In this document: positions 13,090-27,600 of the stretch, piece after piece
How positions within the stretch are numbered: the stretch's first letter is position 1
Layout of the letters: every line of letters starts with the position of its first letter
NCBI GenBank assembly: GCA_965287045.1
Contig: OZ336872.1
Location: forward strand, 35,588,001-35,652,000
Reading direction: 5' to 3'
DNA length: 64,000 nucleotides
DNA from: Carcharhinus amblyrhynchos
Taxonomy: Eukaryota
The notes under the pieces: model-generated
The model's database searches: none
Told to the model about the DNA's origin: nothing
Seen by the model: only the letters and a program-made list of their open reading frames with translations
Translations under genes and position numbers: made by a program

Positions 13090-13725
13090 CTATGAAAAAA
13101 ATATATTTTTTTAATAGAGCCTGATGAGTGGCCAAATCCTGCACTGCTTGACAGTTGGGGAGGATCGACACAAGATTTATAAACCTTTAACTTTTATGGA
13201 ACTTTGAGCTAAGAATTGGGAATGCGCAACAAATTAAGGTAATTTCCTTCCCAATAATCATTTTTCTGAACATGTAAGTAGAATTCACCTTTCCCAATCT
13301 GACACAAACTGCACAATGACTGAATCTTTAAATATTATTTTGCTCACATCCAAATCAGTTTTTACAGTAGCTGAGCCACTACATATATATGATTACATCA
13401 GCACTGACCATTCACAATTCAATTTCCCACATTTAAAAAAAATGGTATATTCTGACCTCTGCATACAGATATAAATTTCATGAATGTTGTATATTTTAAT
13501 TGCATGATATTTTCATTGGAAGCCACAGATGTTTGAATGTTTGCCTTTAGGGTGCAACTAGGTGTGGGAGACAATGGTCATTAGGTTGCTGGCTTGGGCA
13601 TTTTTCATGGAAACTAATCGAGCTAAAATTTAAGCAAAACTTGGTAATCCCTTTTTTGGAATGTCAAATTTAATTGGGAAGTATTAGCCTGATTCCCCTG
13701 TTAGGTGCAAGCCTGATCAGACATT

Positions 13726-13847
13726 GGGCTGAATTCTTCGATCTCACCCGCAGCTGGGATTTTCAAGTTCCGCTGCAGTGAATGGAGATTTGTCTGAGCG
13801 CCAAATTCTCCGTTCTCACTGGCAGTGGTGGCTGGAGAATTCTGGCC
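13726..13847. mobile_element. 122-bp MITE, probably Harbinger-derived
   Basis: Imperfect TIRs gggctgaattct / agaattctggcc with 3-bp att on both flanks. Confidence 0.7.
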
Positions 13848-14230
13848 ATTAGTAATGAAAGGTGCACTGCATCCACTTAAATAGTAGTGCCCTGATTAAA
13901 TGCAAATTTTCAAAGAGCACTAACCTGAACATAATGGTCACCTTCCAGTTATGGAAAAGATTCCTCATTGGGAGATTGATTACTGTGGATAGGAAATTGT
14001 CAATTGCTGCCAGTTTTATAGGCATTTAGTTTCTTGAAAATTTAAGCAACAAACTTGTGAGACAAAAGGAATGTGCACCAGAAATGAGTAGGTTACAGGG
14101 AGGCCTGGTTTCTGATATAGCTGGAGATCATGTTTCTAAGGAAGGCAAACAGGTAAAGAAGCTATACTTTGTCACGTAGACTTCTTGAATTCCAATTAAG
14201 TACAGACTGAGTTAATGGAAGCAGCTAGTT

Positions 14231-16580
14231 ATGGTGTTATGTAATGAGGCGGGTAGAATTAGGGACCTTGTGGTGAAGGATCCTCTTGGGAAGAGTGATC
14301 ATTGTATGGTGGAGTTTCTGATGCAGATGGAGGAGGAGAAAGGGGGTTCCCGGACATGTGTCCTTTGTTTGAACAGAGGGGAGTATGGTAGGATGAGAGA
14401 GGAATTGGTGAATGTTGATTGGGGGAGTGTGTTGGAAGGTGGGTCTGCTAAGGAACAGTGGAGGATCTTTAAGGAGATCTTTCTTGGTGCTCAGCAGAAA
14501 TTTATTCCGATGGTTAAAAAGGATCGTAGGAGGAGAGGTAATCAGCCGTGGATAACGAAGGAGGTGAAGGAAAGTGTTAAATTAAAAGCGGATGCGTTTA
14601 GAGTAGCTAAGAGTAGTGGGCGAGAAGAGGATTGGGAGAGGTTTAAATGTCAACAAAGAATGACAAAGAAATTGATAAAGAAGGGTAGGATAAACTATGA
14701 AGTTGGGCTAGCGCTTAATATAAAAAAGGATAGCAAGAGTTTTTATAAATACATAAAAAGGAAGAGGCTGGCTAGGGTGAACGTTGGACCCTTAGAGGAT
14801 GAGGGGGGACTTAGTGGTAGGGGATGGGGAAATGGCTGAGGCCCTGAATAACTTTTTTGTTTCGGTCTTCACGGAGGAGGACGTGAATAATTTGCTGGGT
14901 GTTAGTGATGGTAAGATGGTAGGAGTGGAGGGCCTGAATGAAATTATTGTTACTAGAGAGGCGGTACTCGACAGACTGGAGGGACTGATTGTGGACAAGT
15001 CCCCAAGACCGGATGGAATGCATCCAAGGGTTCGGAAGGAAATGGCGGAGGTGATAGTGGATGCCTTGGTGATTATTTTCCAAACGTCGCTGGATTCTGG
15101 GGAAGTGCCAGAAGATTGGAAAACGGCCAATGTTACGCCGTTGTTTAAGAAGGGTGGCAGGCAAAAGGCGGGGAATTATAGGCTGGTTAGTTTAACGTCT
15201 GTTGTAGGAAAAATGTTAGAATCCGTGATCAAGGAGAAAATAGCGAGGCATCTTGAGGAGAATTGTTTGGTAGAGCAGACGCAGCACGGTTTCGTTAAGG
15301 GGAAGTCGTGTCTGACGAATTTATTGGAGTTCTATGAGGATGTGTCTAGGGTGATGGATAGAGGAGAGCCGGTGGATGTGGTCTTTCTTGATTTTCAGAA
15401 GGCGTTTGACAAGGTGCCTCACAAGAGGTTATTGCAGAAGGTCAGGGGGCATGGAGTTGGGGGTAGGGTGTTAGTGTGGATAGAGGATTGGCTGTCAAAT
15501 AGGAGGCAGTGAGTGGGGGTCAATGGGTGCTATTCGGATTGGCGGTTGGCGACTAGTGGAGTGCCCCAGGGATCGGTGCTGGGGCCTCAGCTATTCACCA
15601 TTTATATAGATGATCTGGAGGAGGGAACCGAGTGTATGGTGTCGAAATTTGCTGATAACACCAAGATTGGAGGAACGGCAAATTGTGCGGAGGGTGTGGA
15701 GAGTCTGCAGAAGGATCTAGATAGGCTGGACGCATGGGCCAGGGACTGGCAAATGGAATTTAATGTTGGCAAATGTGAGGTTGTCCACTTTGGTAGGAAT
15801 AATGGTAAGAAGGACTATTACTTACGTGGTGAAAAACTGCAGCATGCGACAGTGCAGAGGGACCTCAGGGTCCTTGTGCATGAGTCGCAAAAACCCAGCC
15901 TGCAGGTGCAGCAGGTGGTCAGGAAGGCAAATGGGATGCTGGCCTTCATAGCGAGGGGGGTTGAATATAAAAGTAGGGAAGTCTTGCTGCAGCTGTATAG
16001 GGCACTGGTGAGGCCGCAGCTGGAGTACTGTGTGCAGTTTTGGTCGCCGCACTTACGCAAGGATATTTTGGCCTTGGAGGGACTGCAGAGAAGGTTTACT
16101 AGGCTGATTCCGCAGTTGAGGGGGTTGAACTATGAGGAGAAGCTGAATAAACTAGGCTTGCACTCGTTAGAGTTTAGAAGAATGAGGGGAGATCTCATTG
16201 AGACGTATAAGATGTTGAATGGGGTGGATAGGATAGAGGTGGAGAGGCTCTTCCTGCTCAGAAAGGACAGTAGGACTAGAGGGCACAGCCTCAGGATAAA
16301 GGGGGGGCGGTTTAGAACAGAGTTGAGGAGGAACTTCTTCACTCAAAGGGTGGTGTATCTCTGGAATTCTCTGCCCGTTGAAGTGGTGGAGGCTGCCTCG
16401 CTCAATATTTTTAAGACGCGGGTTGATAGGTTTTTGATAGGCAAGGGGATTAAGGGTTATGGGGAGAGGGCAGGAATGTGGAACTGAGCTACGACAGATC
16501 AGCCATGATCTTATTGAATGGCGGGGCAGTCTCGAGGGGCTAGATGGCCTACTCCTGTTCCTATTTCTTATGTTCTTATG
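14231..16580 (+). mobile_element. 5'-truncated CR1 LINE (ORF2 RT fragment, disrupted)
   Basis: ORF pieces 14231-14839, 14799-15512 and 15513-16487 carry the motifs DWKTANVTPLFKKG, DFQKAFDKVPH, GVPQGSVLGP and KFADNT. One frameshift, one stop. ttcttatg tail. tagtt on both flanks. Confidence 0.97.
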
Positions 16581-18032
16581 TAGTTGCAAATGTTAATATC
16601 TCCTTCATAACCTTGCATGTACAGATATAATATAGGAAAAATTTTAACGATCTAATGAGGTTTGTTAAGGTAAGGTAATTTACTGTGATCTTCCATTAAA
16701 GTTGTATACAAAGCATGGAAACGACTTAACATTAGTCTCCTCCTACATTGTCTTACAGTACTTTCACATCTTACAAGAAATGCCCACATTGCAGTGAAGG
16801 GCCCCACGTATTCCCACCCTGTTCTTGAAAATGTTTCTTCACTCACACCTTTATATGCATTCAGTTGAAAACCAGCCTCCCATGAAATGTGGCTTAAATT
16901 CATGCAAGTGCAATCATATCCACTATGTCGACAAGCTGATACTTGTGTATTATTGCAGATTTTTAAAGAATTATTGTAATTCTGGCTTCTATTTGCAGGT
17001 AAATGTAGCCCATTATACTTGGGACGGGCACGTGACAGAACCAGATTCCCTGGGGTAAAATTTAATTTTGATGAGAGCAAAAAAGAGCAAGCAGAAGGGT
17101 ATCAGCTGCCTGTCGCTCACATGTGCACACTGTGTACATATCAAAAATAAATTTCATCTCCAAGTTTAAAATTCTTTTCCAGCAAGTGGAAAAAACTCTA
17201 TTTATGAGACTGTGAAGGATACAGAAAATGAGGAAATGGGTTAGATCGCAACTTTGGGTTTGAACTCCCTGTTCCTCTAACTGTGCAACCGCATCCTTTT
17301 ACCCCACCACTTTGGCTATGTAGGCTCCAGACCAACATACTTTCTGATTTTTATTTGTTGTATACAGTTTGTTACATGGCACGGCAAATTTCAGATTGTT
17401 CCATGACTATGCACCCATATAATCAAGAGGGATCACTGCCCCATACTCTACAATTTTCTTCCTAGCCTTGCCGCTTAAAATCCATTTTTCTGACCTGTCT
17501 TTTGAACATTCTTCCTATTATTTTTTTTGGTCTCAGTGGTCAATTTTTGATAGTGTTCCTGATTGCAATCTGGGATATTTTTTCTAATTAAAAGCAATAG
17601 GCAAGTGGCCATAATTGTGAAATATCCATAACACTGAATTTTACTGAATACAGCAATGAAGTAACAATTTTATTCATGCAAAACACATTTCTAGATATAG
17701 CAAATGCCCAAAGAAGAAACCAAACATAGTCAAGCAAGTGCTAAAAGCTTAATATTATATAACTTGCAAAAAGTTACAAGTTGAGAAACAAAATCCTTTT
17801 GACACACTGTTCACTTAATTGCCACATCTTTTGAGAAATGGAATTCTGAAGTTGTACAGGACAGGAAAAGGCATGACATTTTCTCCTGTAATTGTTAATT
17901 ACAAGAAAGGTTAAACATGTCAACTTCATAGTATTCATGCAATCATATTTAAATTTAAAGTTTTATTTTGTTTTAATCTAATGTTCTCTATTTTCAGAAA
18001 CTAAAACATGGACCATGCTTTTGTAAACTCAC

Positions 18033-18236
18033 CTCATCACATGCTGCACATCTGGGTTTCAGACGTTCAGCATGGTGTCTTCCACAGTATATCTTCCCAT
18101 TTTGATAAAAATAAATCAGATCCACCAATAATTCATTGCAAGTGGCACAGACAAAACATCGAGGATGCCAGCAAACTCCATGGCCTGCTCGTGACGCAAA
18201 TACAGCAATGTCTCCTCCATTGATCTGTCCTCCGCA
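18033..18236 (-). CDS. PRICKLE2: PRICKLE2 coding exon, 204 bp (LIM1)
   Basis: aaatcag|TGC ... GAG|gtgagt. Translates as [68 protein letters not shown]. Confidence 0.98.
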
Positions 18237-20130
18237 CTGATTTAAAATTAAAAGTTAAATTAAGGTATATTCGACATTTAGAGGAGTATCTAATAAATCT
18301 CAGCAAATGAACAAAAAAAATGAAGTGAAGTGGCCAGTGGTCAACCTTGGTAAATGCCACTCATTTTAGTAAACATAATCTGGTTGCGTGCCTTTTTCCC
18401 TTGAAAAGTAACATTCCCAATTGTTGAGATGGATTTGTAATTTATTGGTTATGATAATAACTCATACATGTGTTTTTGTTGCTGACAGTCTTAGTTATGG
18501 CCTTTGTCATAAATGTACTGCTAACTAAAATTAATTATGCATCATTTTTATGCCAGTGAAATAGAGCAGACAGTGAGGACAGCTCATTAGCTCCTGAATA
18601 TTTTTAGTCTCTTAGACAAATCCTTTTGTTTGGAACGATCTGTTATGAGCCCATCTCCCAAGCATATTTTCAAGGTTTTATTCTAGCCTTTTCCTTGATA
18701 TTGACTCTATACTTGTTCTTTAAACTAAGCTAATCTTGAAATAAATACTGAACAATAAAACTTGAACTTCCATATTTATGAGCAATGACTTACAACTGAG
18801 TCACTCCTAGCCCAGAGATATCAATGGGGAGATGAGCAAAAGTATTATAATTTGGTCACAGGCTTCCTGTTTGTTGGGATCAATGCCACTAAATGTGATT
18901 ACATGGCTAATAGACCCCAGAGGGATCAAAACATCACAGGGAATCAGAAAGACCTTTCTTCTTTTCTTGTATATGGCAATTAAATGATATGATACCATCC
19001 ATAGGTATGGACTTCCTAATCATTAGCAGACATTGAATCTCCATGTATAAGTGGAATTATTTATCATCCCACAAGGCTGGGAGGCTAGAATGTTCCCAAT
19101 TTGATCATGACTACTCTCATATGCAAACATCTCATTCTTTGTCATCATTTTAACTGTTTGGAGACAAAATTAATTTTACAAAAATATAGCAAAAGCCATG
19201 AAATATTCACAAGAATTAAGCAACTTTTAAGAAGAAAGGGACATTGGAAGGAGGCTGAATAGAAGCTTTGTGTATTGGGATCTGCTTTCCACTGACTTGA
19301 GATATATTGGAGAAGTCTATACCTTCAGGTCAGTCTAGAGCTTTGCAATTTTGCTATACTTAAATTATTAGGCTATGGTAATAATGCTTGGGTCATGGAT
19401 AATCTCCAAATATTGGTCAATTCAATAAGAATTAAATATACAAAGAATACTCAGAAGATTGAGAAAAAAAATGATTTGCCACATGACCTTGCACAGGCAG
19501 CATATAAGATGCTCTATCGTGGATTGTACCCAACTTATTTAACCAATTGAGGAAAAGTTCCACAAGTTTCTTTTGTAATTTAGAAGCTAGTGTTTAACTG
19601 TAGATGGTAAAATCAGGTCTGAACGTAGAACTTCAAAAGTCAGTTTTAATGTTAATTTAAAACACAAGAGTTTTTGGCTTCTTTTCAGTTTTAGCATAAA
19701 AATGCCAGGAAGAAAAGGCTCGGTGAATTCCAAGAAAATCAGTCTTTTATTTTGAGCATCACTAAATCTCAAAAACAAGTAAAAGCTAAGAAAACACTCA
19801 CATGCCCTACATTGTAATGCCTACAAACATTTTCTTTAAGGCAATAGCCCCTGCTTCTATCCCCTCACAGATTCATTAATTTTTACCTTGGTTACACTCC
19901 TTATAGTGACTTCAAGGCACATTTTGCTTATGGTTTCAGGTACTTTGAAAACAGGTACGATATTAAAACCAATGTAACGCTCGTCTCAGTTCAACATGCT
20001 GCTGAGTTTCTTATCTTAGCTGCTTTGTCGTAAGAGTATTGAACAGAGATAGGAGGTATGAAAATGATTTTCTAATTGATTCTCAGTGCTAGTGGTGCTG
20101 TACCCTGATCAATAATCAATATCTTCAGGA

Positions 20131-20916
20131 TAGAACATAGAACATAGAACACTACAGCGCAGAACAAGCCCTTCGGCCCACGATGTTGCGCCGACCAGTT
20201 ACAAAACAATGACCCACTAACCTAAACCAATCCCTTCTCGTCCATAAACCTATCCACGGATCTCTTAAACGCCCCCAAACTAGGCGCATTTACAACTGCA
20301 GCAGGCAGGGCATTCCAATCCCTCACCACCCTCTGGGTAAAGAACCTACCCCTGACATCCGTCCTATAACTACCACCCCTTAATTTAAAGCCATGCCCCC
20401 TCGTGCTAGATTTCTCCATCAGAGGAAAAAGGCTATTACTATCCACCCTATTTAAACCTCTAATCATCTTATATGTTTCAATAAGATCCCCTCTTAGCCG
20501 CCTTCTTTCCAGCGAAAACAACCCCAAATCCCTCAGCCTCTCCTCATAGGACCTCCCCTCCATACCAGGCAACATCCTGGTAAACTTCCTCTGCACCCTC
20601 TCCAAAGCCTCCACATCCTTCCTGTAATGTGAGGACCAGAACTGCACACAGTACTCCAAGTGCGGCCGCACCAGAGTTGTGTACAGTTGCAACATGACGC
20701 TGCGACTCCTAAATTCAATCCCCCTACCAATAAACGCCAAGACACCGTATGCCTTCTTAACAACCTTTTCTACTTGACTCCCAACTTTCAGGGATCTATG
20801 TACACATACACCTAGATCCCTGAATAGGGATTAACAACCTTAACAACCTTATCTACTTGACTCCCAACTTTCAGGGATCTATGTACACATACAGCTAGAT
20901 CCCTGAATCTATCCCT
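20131..20916 (-). mobile_element. 5'-truncated CR1 LINE (ORF2 C-terminus and short 3' UTR) with a duplicated 5' junction
   Basis: ORF 20222-20740 LVRPHLEYCVQFWS...RLRGDLIETYK; (tgttcta)n tail; ~70 bp duplication at 20756-20908. Confidence 0.95.
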
Positions 20917-21188
20917 AGATAGAGAGGAAGAAAAGGACCAAAATATTACAATGCTGCCAAAAGTTATTATAAAAGTTTAAAAAATCGTGTATTTTTAAAA
21001 ATGACATTTACATCAAATATGCAGCACAGAAACAGGTTCTTCGGTCGAAAATGTCTATCTAGATGTTTATACTCCACAAGTCTCCTCCCAACATATTTAT
21101 TAAAAATAGAAAAATGAAATGGTATCAACTACAACTTTAATTTTAAGGTTTACTAAGCATGAGCTCCATTTCAAATATAAATGTTTAC

Positions 21189-21326
21189 CTGTTCACAAAT
21201 TGCACCAGTCATGGTTATAGGGAACGGTCTAATTGTGCCTCTTCCCAAATTTTCTCTTTTTCTTTGAGTACTGAAAAGACGCAGTTCTTTCTTTTCTTCT
21301 TCATCAAGTGAGTTGCAGTACCGAAC
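21189..21326 (-). CDS. PRICKLE2: PRICKLE2 coding exon, 138 bp (PET domain C-terminal part)
   Basis: attgtcag|GTT ... CAG|gtaaac. Translates as [46 protein letters not shown]. Confidence 0.98.
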
Positions 21327-21429
21327 CTGACAATTGACCATATGATAATCAAAGTGAAGTTAGAAAGAAATATTGTGCCCAATAGTAAAACCCCTTTTAA
21401 TTCAGTCTAACTTACTACATTGCTTCTGA

Positions 21430-21527
21430 TGAACACTCATCTAATGAAGGAGCTTGAGGCTCTGAAATCTAGTGCTGCCAAATAAATTTGTTGGACTTTA
21501 ACCTGGTGTTGTGAGACTTCTTACTGG
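21430..21527 (+). mobile_element. Short Penelope-type pLTR fragment with a degenerate hammerhead motif
   Basis: ctaatga-aggagc-ttgag-gctct-gaaa followed by aataaa...ttggactttaacctggtgttgtgag. 13-bp direct repeat acattgcttctga at 21417-21429 and 21528-21540. Same family as 58596-58730. Confidence 0.7.
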
Positions 21528-22797
21528 ACATTGCTTCTGAACAAGATCAGAAGCAGCGTACTGAATTGACTTGTGGGATATGATCTTTTGGGCCTATTGT
21601 CCATCGACTGGCACAGTGAGCCAGGAAGATAGCATGCGAGGATTCTGCACTGGACATGAAGCAGTCCCATGCCAAAAGCCATTTTCCCGGCCCTGTTTTG
21701 CCAGCACCAAGTCGATTTAAATATTAATGTCATCATTTAAATGACATTAACTGGGCCACGACAGCCATTTCCAGTCTCCCAGAATCTCTCCTCCTCAGCT
21801 ACTAGAATCACTCATGGTCCCCACCGAAGGGTACCAAGCATGATAGCCATGCAGGGGGAAATCAGAGACCACGGATGCCCATGGTTGGTCAGGACAAGGC
21901 CGGATAGTGCCCAGTGGGCACCTCAGCACTGCCCACTAGGCATGAGTGGGGGTGGGGCATTAAGGGGGGATCTCCTCAGGGGTGAGGGGAGGGAGATCTG
22001 CAAGGGAAGAGTAGAGCTCTGCAGGGGTGGTGATCAGTGGCGGCGGCGGCGGGGGACTGGCACAGGGAGCGATTTGCAGAGGGTGGAAGCTGATGTTGGA
22101 GATAGGGGAGGTTGGCATATAATCTCCCAGTTGACTAGGAGATCGGGTGCCCCAAGCACTGCAGCCGGCTTCATGGGTGAGCTTAGGCACCCCCACCCCC
22201 AACCACTCACTTGAATTGCACCCGGGCTCTTATTTTGCATTAAGTGCTGCAAGATTGTGATTTGAGACTCGTTGATAAAATTCTCTCCCGTTTTCTTGCT
22301 CATTCAACACTTAGAATTTGTTTGGAAAGATTGCATCATTTGGAAAGATCATAGTAGCGGAGGAAGGAATTATTTATTTTTGTATGCTTGTTTATGCAAG
22401 GCTAAAATTATAAAAATGAGGTCTGTGAGGTTACAGAGCTCTATTAACTTGTAAATATGAATAATGTTCAATGAAGAATGTTGTATCTGAAGTAAATTGC
22501 AACTCGACCCATAAATTTAAAATAGGCCAAGGCTATCTAGCTGGTTCTTCAATATTACTGCTTGATTCTTAATCAATAGGAATTTAGCAATACATTATCC
22601 CATAATCAAAGAGATTTTTACCAACTCCATATAAAATCAGTTTCCAAACATCTCTAATATGTTTTGATAAGAAAAATTAATGACATTCATGATAGAAACA
22701 TGTAACAATTTTCCTTGACATTTCTTTAAAAATTAAAAGTATATGTGTCATACACCTAAATTTCCTGCATTAATGTATAACTCAATTTTGTGGAGCT

Positions 22798-23125
22798 AGA
22801 ACCACAGAATCTCTACAGTGCAGAAGGAGGCCATTCAGCCTATCAAGTCTGCACTGACTCTCTGAAAGAGCATCTTCTCCAGGCCCCCGCCACCCTATCC
22901 CCGTAACCCCATCATTTACCAGGGCTAATCCACCTAACCTACATGTCTTTGGGCACCAAAAGGGCAATTTAACATGGCCAATTCATCTAACATGCACATC
23001 CTTGGATTGTGGGAGGAAACCGAAGCATCCCAAGGAAACTCACGCAGACACGGGGAGAACATGCAAACTCCATACAGTCACCCAAGGCCGGAACTGAACT
23101 GCGTTCTTGGTGCTGTGAGACATCA
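22798..23125 (-). mobile_element. V-SINE (HE1-like), near full length
   Basis: Reverse complement of tail, V-domain and partial tRNA head (agaatctctacagtgcagaaggaggccattcagcc ... gggagaacatgcaaactcca). Confidence 0.9.
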
Positions 23126-24465
23126 CTGAGGTTCTGATCCAGAATGACATGTTATTGTTGAATTTCAGGGCAATGAAGAAATGGAGACCTTCCCCAAATA
23201 ATTTGCAGCCACATGCAAATTACATTCTTAGGGTGAGGTGATGTCAAATTTGGTGACTTCCACCTTCCCAACCACCCATAAGAACACATCCTATTATTTC
23301 AAAAGTGTAATCTGCCAGGATCTGCTCACCAAGATGGAAGCGTTTGATTGGAAAGAAACTGCTGAACTGAGATTGCAGACTTTTGACCATATCTTGGGAT
23401 TTACTGCAAGCACTGGGTGGGAGAAAAGAAAACTTCTGTACTGTTCAAGAAGTATCCCCCTACATTTATTATGTATTACCCTTGAAAAACACTGTTTCGA
23501 AAGAGAATTACTGAACAAATATTTGAAAGCTGCACAATGAGGTTCCTAATGGAAATCCCACTGTACATGATAAATATATTTGAGGAACAGGGAAGGAGAA
23601 GGCAACAAGACAAGTTATTTTAATGAGACAATGCCAGGGGATTCCAGGACACGTTAGCACTAGCCATCCAGCATGGATCTACTGACCAAAGTATGCTTTG
23701 AAACATTTGACAACAGAGCTTTTGTCTTCAATCATGAAACTCTGGAGGAACTCTACTCTTGCTGTTTCCTATATACTCCCCATAAGGAAAGTCATCAATT
23801 CTCTGTTCCCAAGGCAGCTTAGTTTACATGAGTATGATAGGAGTATGATATAATATTTTAAAATAAATTCCAAATTCTCCAGGATTGCGGGGACCATTTA
23901 ATTATCCCACCAGAATTACAATGTAAATCCTACAATTAAACAAAATGCAAAGACTACCACTCCCTAAATATGCAAATTATCTGTGACTATGGGCACCACT
24001 TCCTGTACATCAAGTCATAATATGCTAGGAATGCCCATGATTCTGTTACACTTTGTCCATTCAGTTGTGTACTTCTGCTTCAATAGCAGGAAAACTGCTC
24101 GCTGATAGGAGATACTTGCAATGAGTATAACTCATGATGCCACTTTGTAGGCTCGTCAGTTGCTACATAAAAATCCTATTACGATATGCGCCTGAAGACA
24201 AGATACAGGTGGAAGCCATTGAGACGCTTAAAGGAGGATAGTGATGACTGGATACATTGGGGATGGGGCTTGCAGGAGCACCCAACAGTTTTGCAAATAG
24301 TGGTAGCGCGTTGTGTGCTTCATAACTAATGGTAGCTATCCAGAGAAATTCTGGTGCTATCAAATTCCTAGAAGTTCAACTGACACCAGAACAATGTAGT
24401 TAAGACATTGTGTAGGGAACTCAGAAATTTTGAAACATAATATTTTAAAGACACATTTAATGTTA

Positions 24466-24651
<186 letters not shown>

Positions 24652-27600
24652 TTAGGAGAAATGTTAAGCTTCATTCTTATCATACTAGCAAAATAAGAAG
24701 AGTTATATTTGTACTTTTAATAATCAATGGAAGAGCTGCAAATAAACCAGTTAATTATGGAAATAACAGTAAGTCAATCGGTGTTTCAAAAGAGAAAAGA
24801 CAGGTTTGAAACAAAAGCTTCTCATTTCAGAAGCTTTAATGCCTGAAGTGCATTCCCCCATTTTCTGTTTTTAATTTCAGTTTGTAACATTTGCAATTTT
24901 TCTCTTATCTCAGAAAATAGTTTTGTTCTACAATACATCTTTGCAAATCCTCTTTCCCTCCTTCAATCTAGGTCTCCTGATTGTTACAGTGTATGACTAA
25001 TCCTACAGTCATCCAGCTCAAAGAATAAGATACACACTTATATTTTAAATACAATCTTTGCCACAATTGCTCTTTTGGGAGTGTACGGTCATTTAGAGGA
25101 ATCTTTAACACATGGTACATTTCACATGCCATGACAATACTTTGTTACTGGTTTCAAAATATTAAATGATCAGAACATTATTATCTTATGCTTTATTGCC
25201 CTATGACAATTTGATCAATGTTAGGACATTTCCAGGACTCGATCATTACCGGCACCTATTTCTTGACAGGTATATGCCATCATTATAAATTACCACTTCA
25301 GATACTGAGGTAGAAATGTACCTCCGCTTGAACATTGAATGCTTAGAGAGGGAAAACCACGTTACACATGTGAAGCACATAAAGCATTTTTACTTCCTGG
25401 TAATAGAAGTGATAAAGAAACACTCAATTTTCCCCATGGATATAGTTGACTGGGATTCCAGGCAGAATTGGTCTTTGTTCACAAAATAAGATTAACTCTT
25501 CAGTAAGTAGCCTCTCCAGTTTAACTGCCGCTTTACAAATATTTCCTAACCATCTGATCATTATATGGTCTTCATAATTCCTATCAATAATTTTTTGCAT
25601 ATTCGCTGGTTTGAATTTAACAGATGCAACTAAATAAAAATATAAATGTGAAAGTAAGGCATACCCTCAATAACGTCCTCTGACTGGAAAAAAGAAAGGC
25701 TGCTTAATTTATTCTAGTCCACAGAGACTTTAACTGAAAACTGCAGGCATGGTCGTAATGTGTAATTGTTCTCCCACTGACACTGGCTATAATTAAATCA
25801 AGCTGCGCTATGCAAGGTAGCAATGTTTCTTCAACTGACATTTGTATGATTAAAGATGACGCATATTACAAGTCTTTCATTTACCACCCTCTGAAAGTGT
25901 TTACATAACCAATGTTAAATCTGAAGATATACCTCACATGATTTATTGAGATTTTCACCAACAGGTGACATAATGGAATTATTATAAAACCTTATGATTA
26001 CCCTGAAAATGATCTGTATTCCTGATTGACTTAGATCCATTTAAATCCACAGTTCACCTTCTGTATCCCTAGAGTTTTTGACTGACATGTGAACTATACA
26101 AAAACCATGAGCAATATTATGGCAATGTGAAGAAACTGAGTTGCTGAATGCTGAAGCAAGTGCAGTAATGCAATAGTGAAAGAAAATTCCATAGTTTGGA
26201 GAATGGTAACATGATTTCATAGCAGCACTCAAAAGAATGTTATGTTGTCTTTTAATGCGATAATTATCATCTATGGAGTTGGTGCAAGATACTCTGGAGA
26301 AAGCACAAGAACAACTACACTGTGTAATTCAGATTTGAACCAATGATGAAGGGAAGAAAAAAAAAGAATTGGAATCATGTATAAGGAACTGAGGAACTCT
26401 TAAAATTCTTTCATGGGATATGGGTGTTGTTGGCATGCAAACAGTCCTGTGCTGTAGCTCCACCAGGTTGACACCTCATTTTAGGTACATCTGGTGCTGC
26501 CTTTGCCATTCCCTCCTGCAGTCTTCACTGAACTAAGGTGATTCCCCTAGCTTGACAATAATGATAAAATGAGCAATAAGATGGATCATGAGGTTACATA
26601 GTGTGGCTGAGCACAATTCTGCTGTTGCAGATGTTTCACAGTGCCTCATGAATGCCCAGTTTTCAGATGATCTGTCTGAAATCTAAGCCATTGAGCACAA
26701 TGTTAATTCAACAACACACAATATATGGTATTCCTCAATATGAAGCCAGGACTTTGTCTCTGTAAGAACTGTGCTGTGGGCTCTCCTAAGCAATACCTTC
26801 ATAGACAGATGCATCTACGACAGGCAGATTGGTGATGACACGGTCCTTCTTGTTGGATCCCTCATCATTAGGCACAGGCCCGATCTAGCTCCTTTAGGAT
26901 TCAACGAGCTTGGTCAGGATTGTTCTAATTAATCCCTCTTGGTGATTGATATTGAGGCCCTCAATCCAGAGTATATTCCATGGTTTTGTTACGCTCAATA
27001 CTTTTTCCAATTGACGTTCAACATTGAGGTGTACTGATTAATCAGCTGAAGGGGGAATGGGATTAGTGGCAATCTGTGATCAGCAGGAGATAGAATAAAG
27101 GTCTGGATAATAAGAACACTGACATCAGGATGACTTCTGGTAATGCACTTACCAGTAGAGAAATAGAAAATAACTGGATGGCTGGAGAGATGGTACATGA
27201 ATGATGTTGGGCAAATGGCAGTCAAAAGAACAATTCAAAAGGCAGAACAAAGTAAATATGGCAAAGATGCGTCGAAAGAAAAGAAAAATAAGGAAAATAA
27301 TAGAAGAATAGGCCAGAGGAAAGAGGGAATAAAATTAAGATTGTTGAACAGGCAGAGGCAGATTTGAGTTGTAATGAATACATAAACTATTCAGGATAAA
27401 ATTGGTAAGTTGGAGACACTGACATGTTTAAGATTTTCCATACAAAAGATGGGATAAAAAGATACTTTTAATGTTGGATTTTTAAAAATCATGTAGCATC
27501 CAGACAAGTAAGCTAAAAGGCTGAGATGACCAAGTGCCAAACAGCTAGCTGTGATGTTGGTGACTGTAAATATTCAGGCTAATAACCTGCTTTAGAAATA

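Noticed and set aside
14792-16589. Numerous antisense ORFs over CR1 copies (also 36029-37599 and 51754-54641)
   Set aside because: Expected by-product of the biased composition of CR1 coding strands; no domain similarity.
21741-22303. GC-rich ORFs up to 157 aa
   Set aside because: Lie in a decayed GC-rich repeat; no splice context or protein motif recognised.
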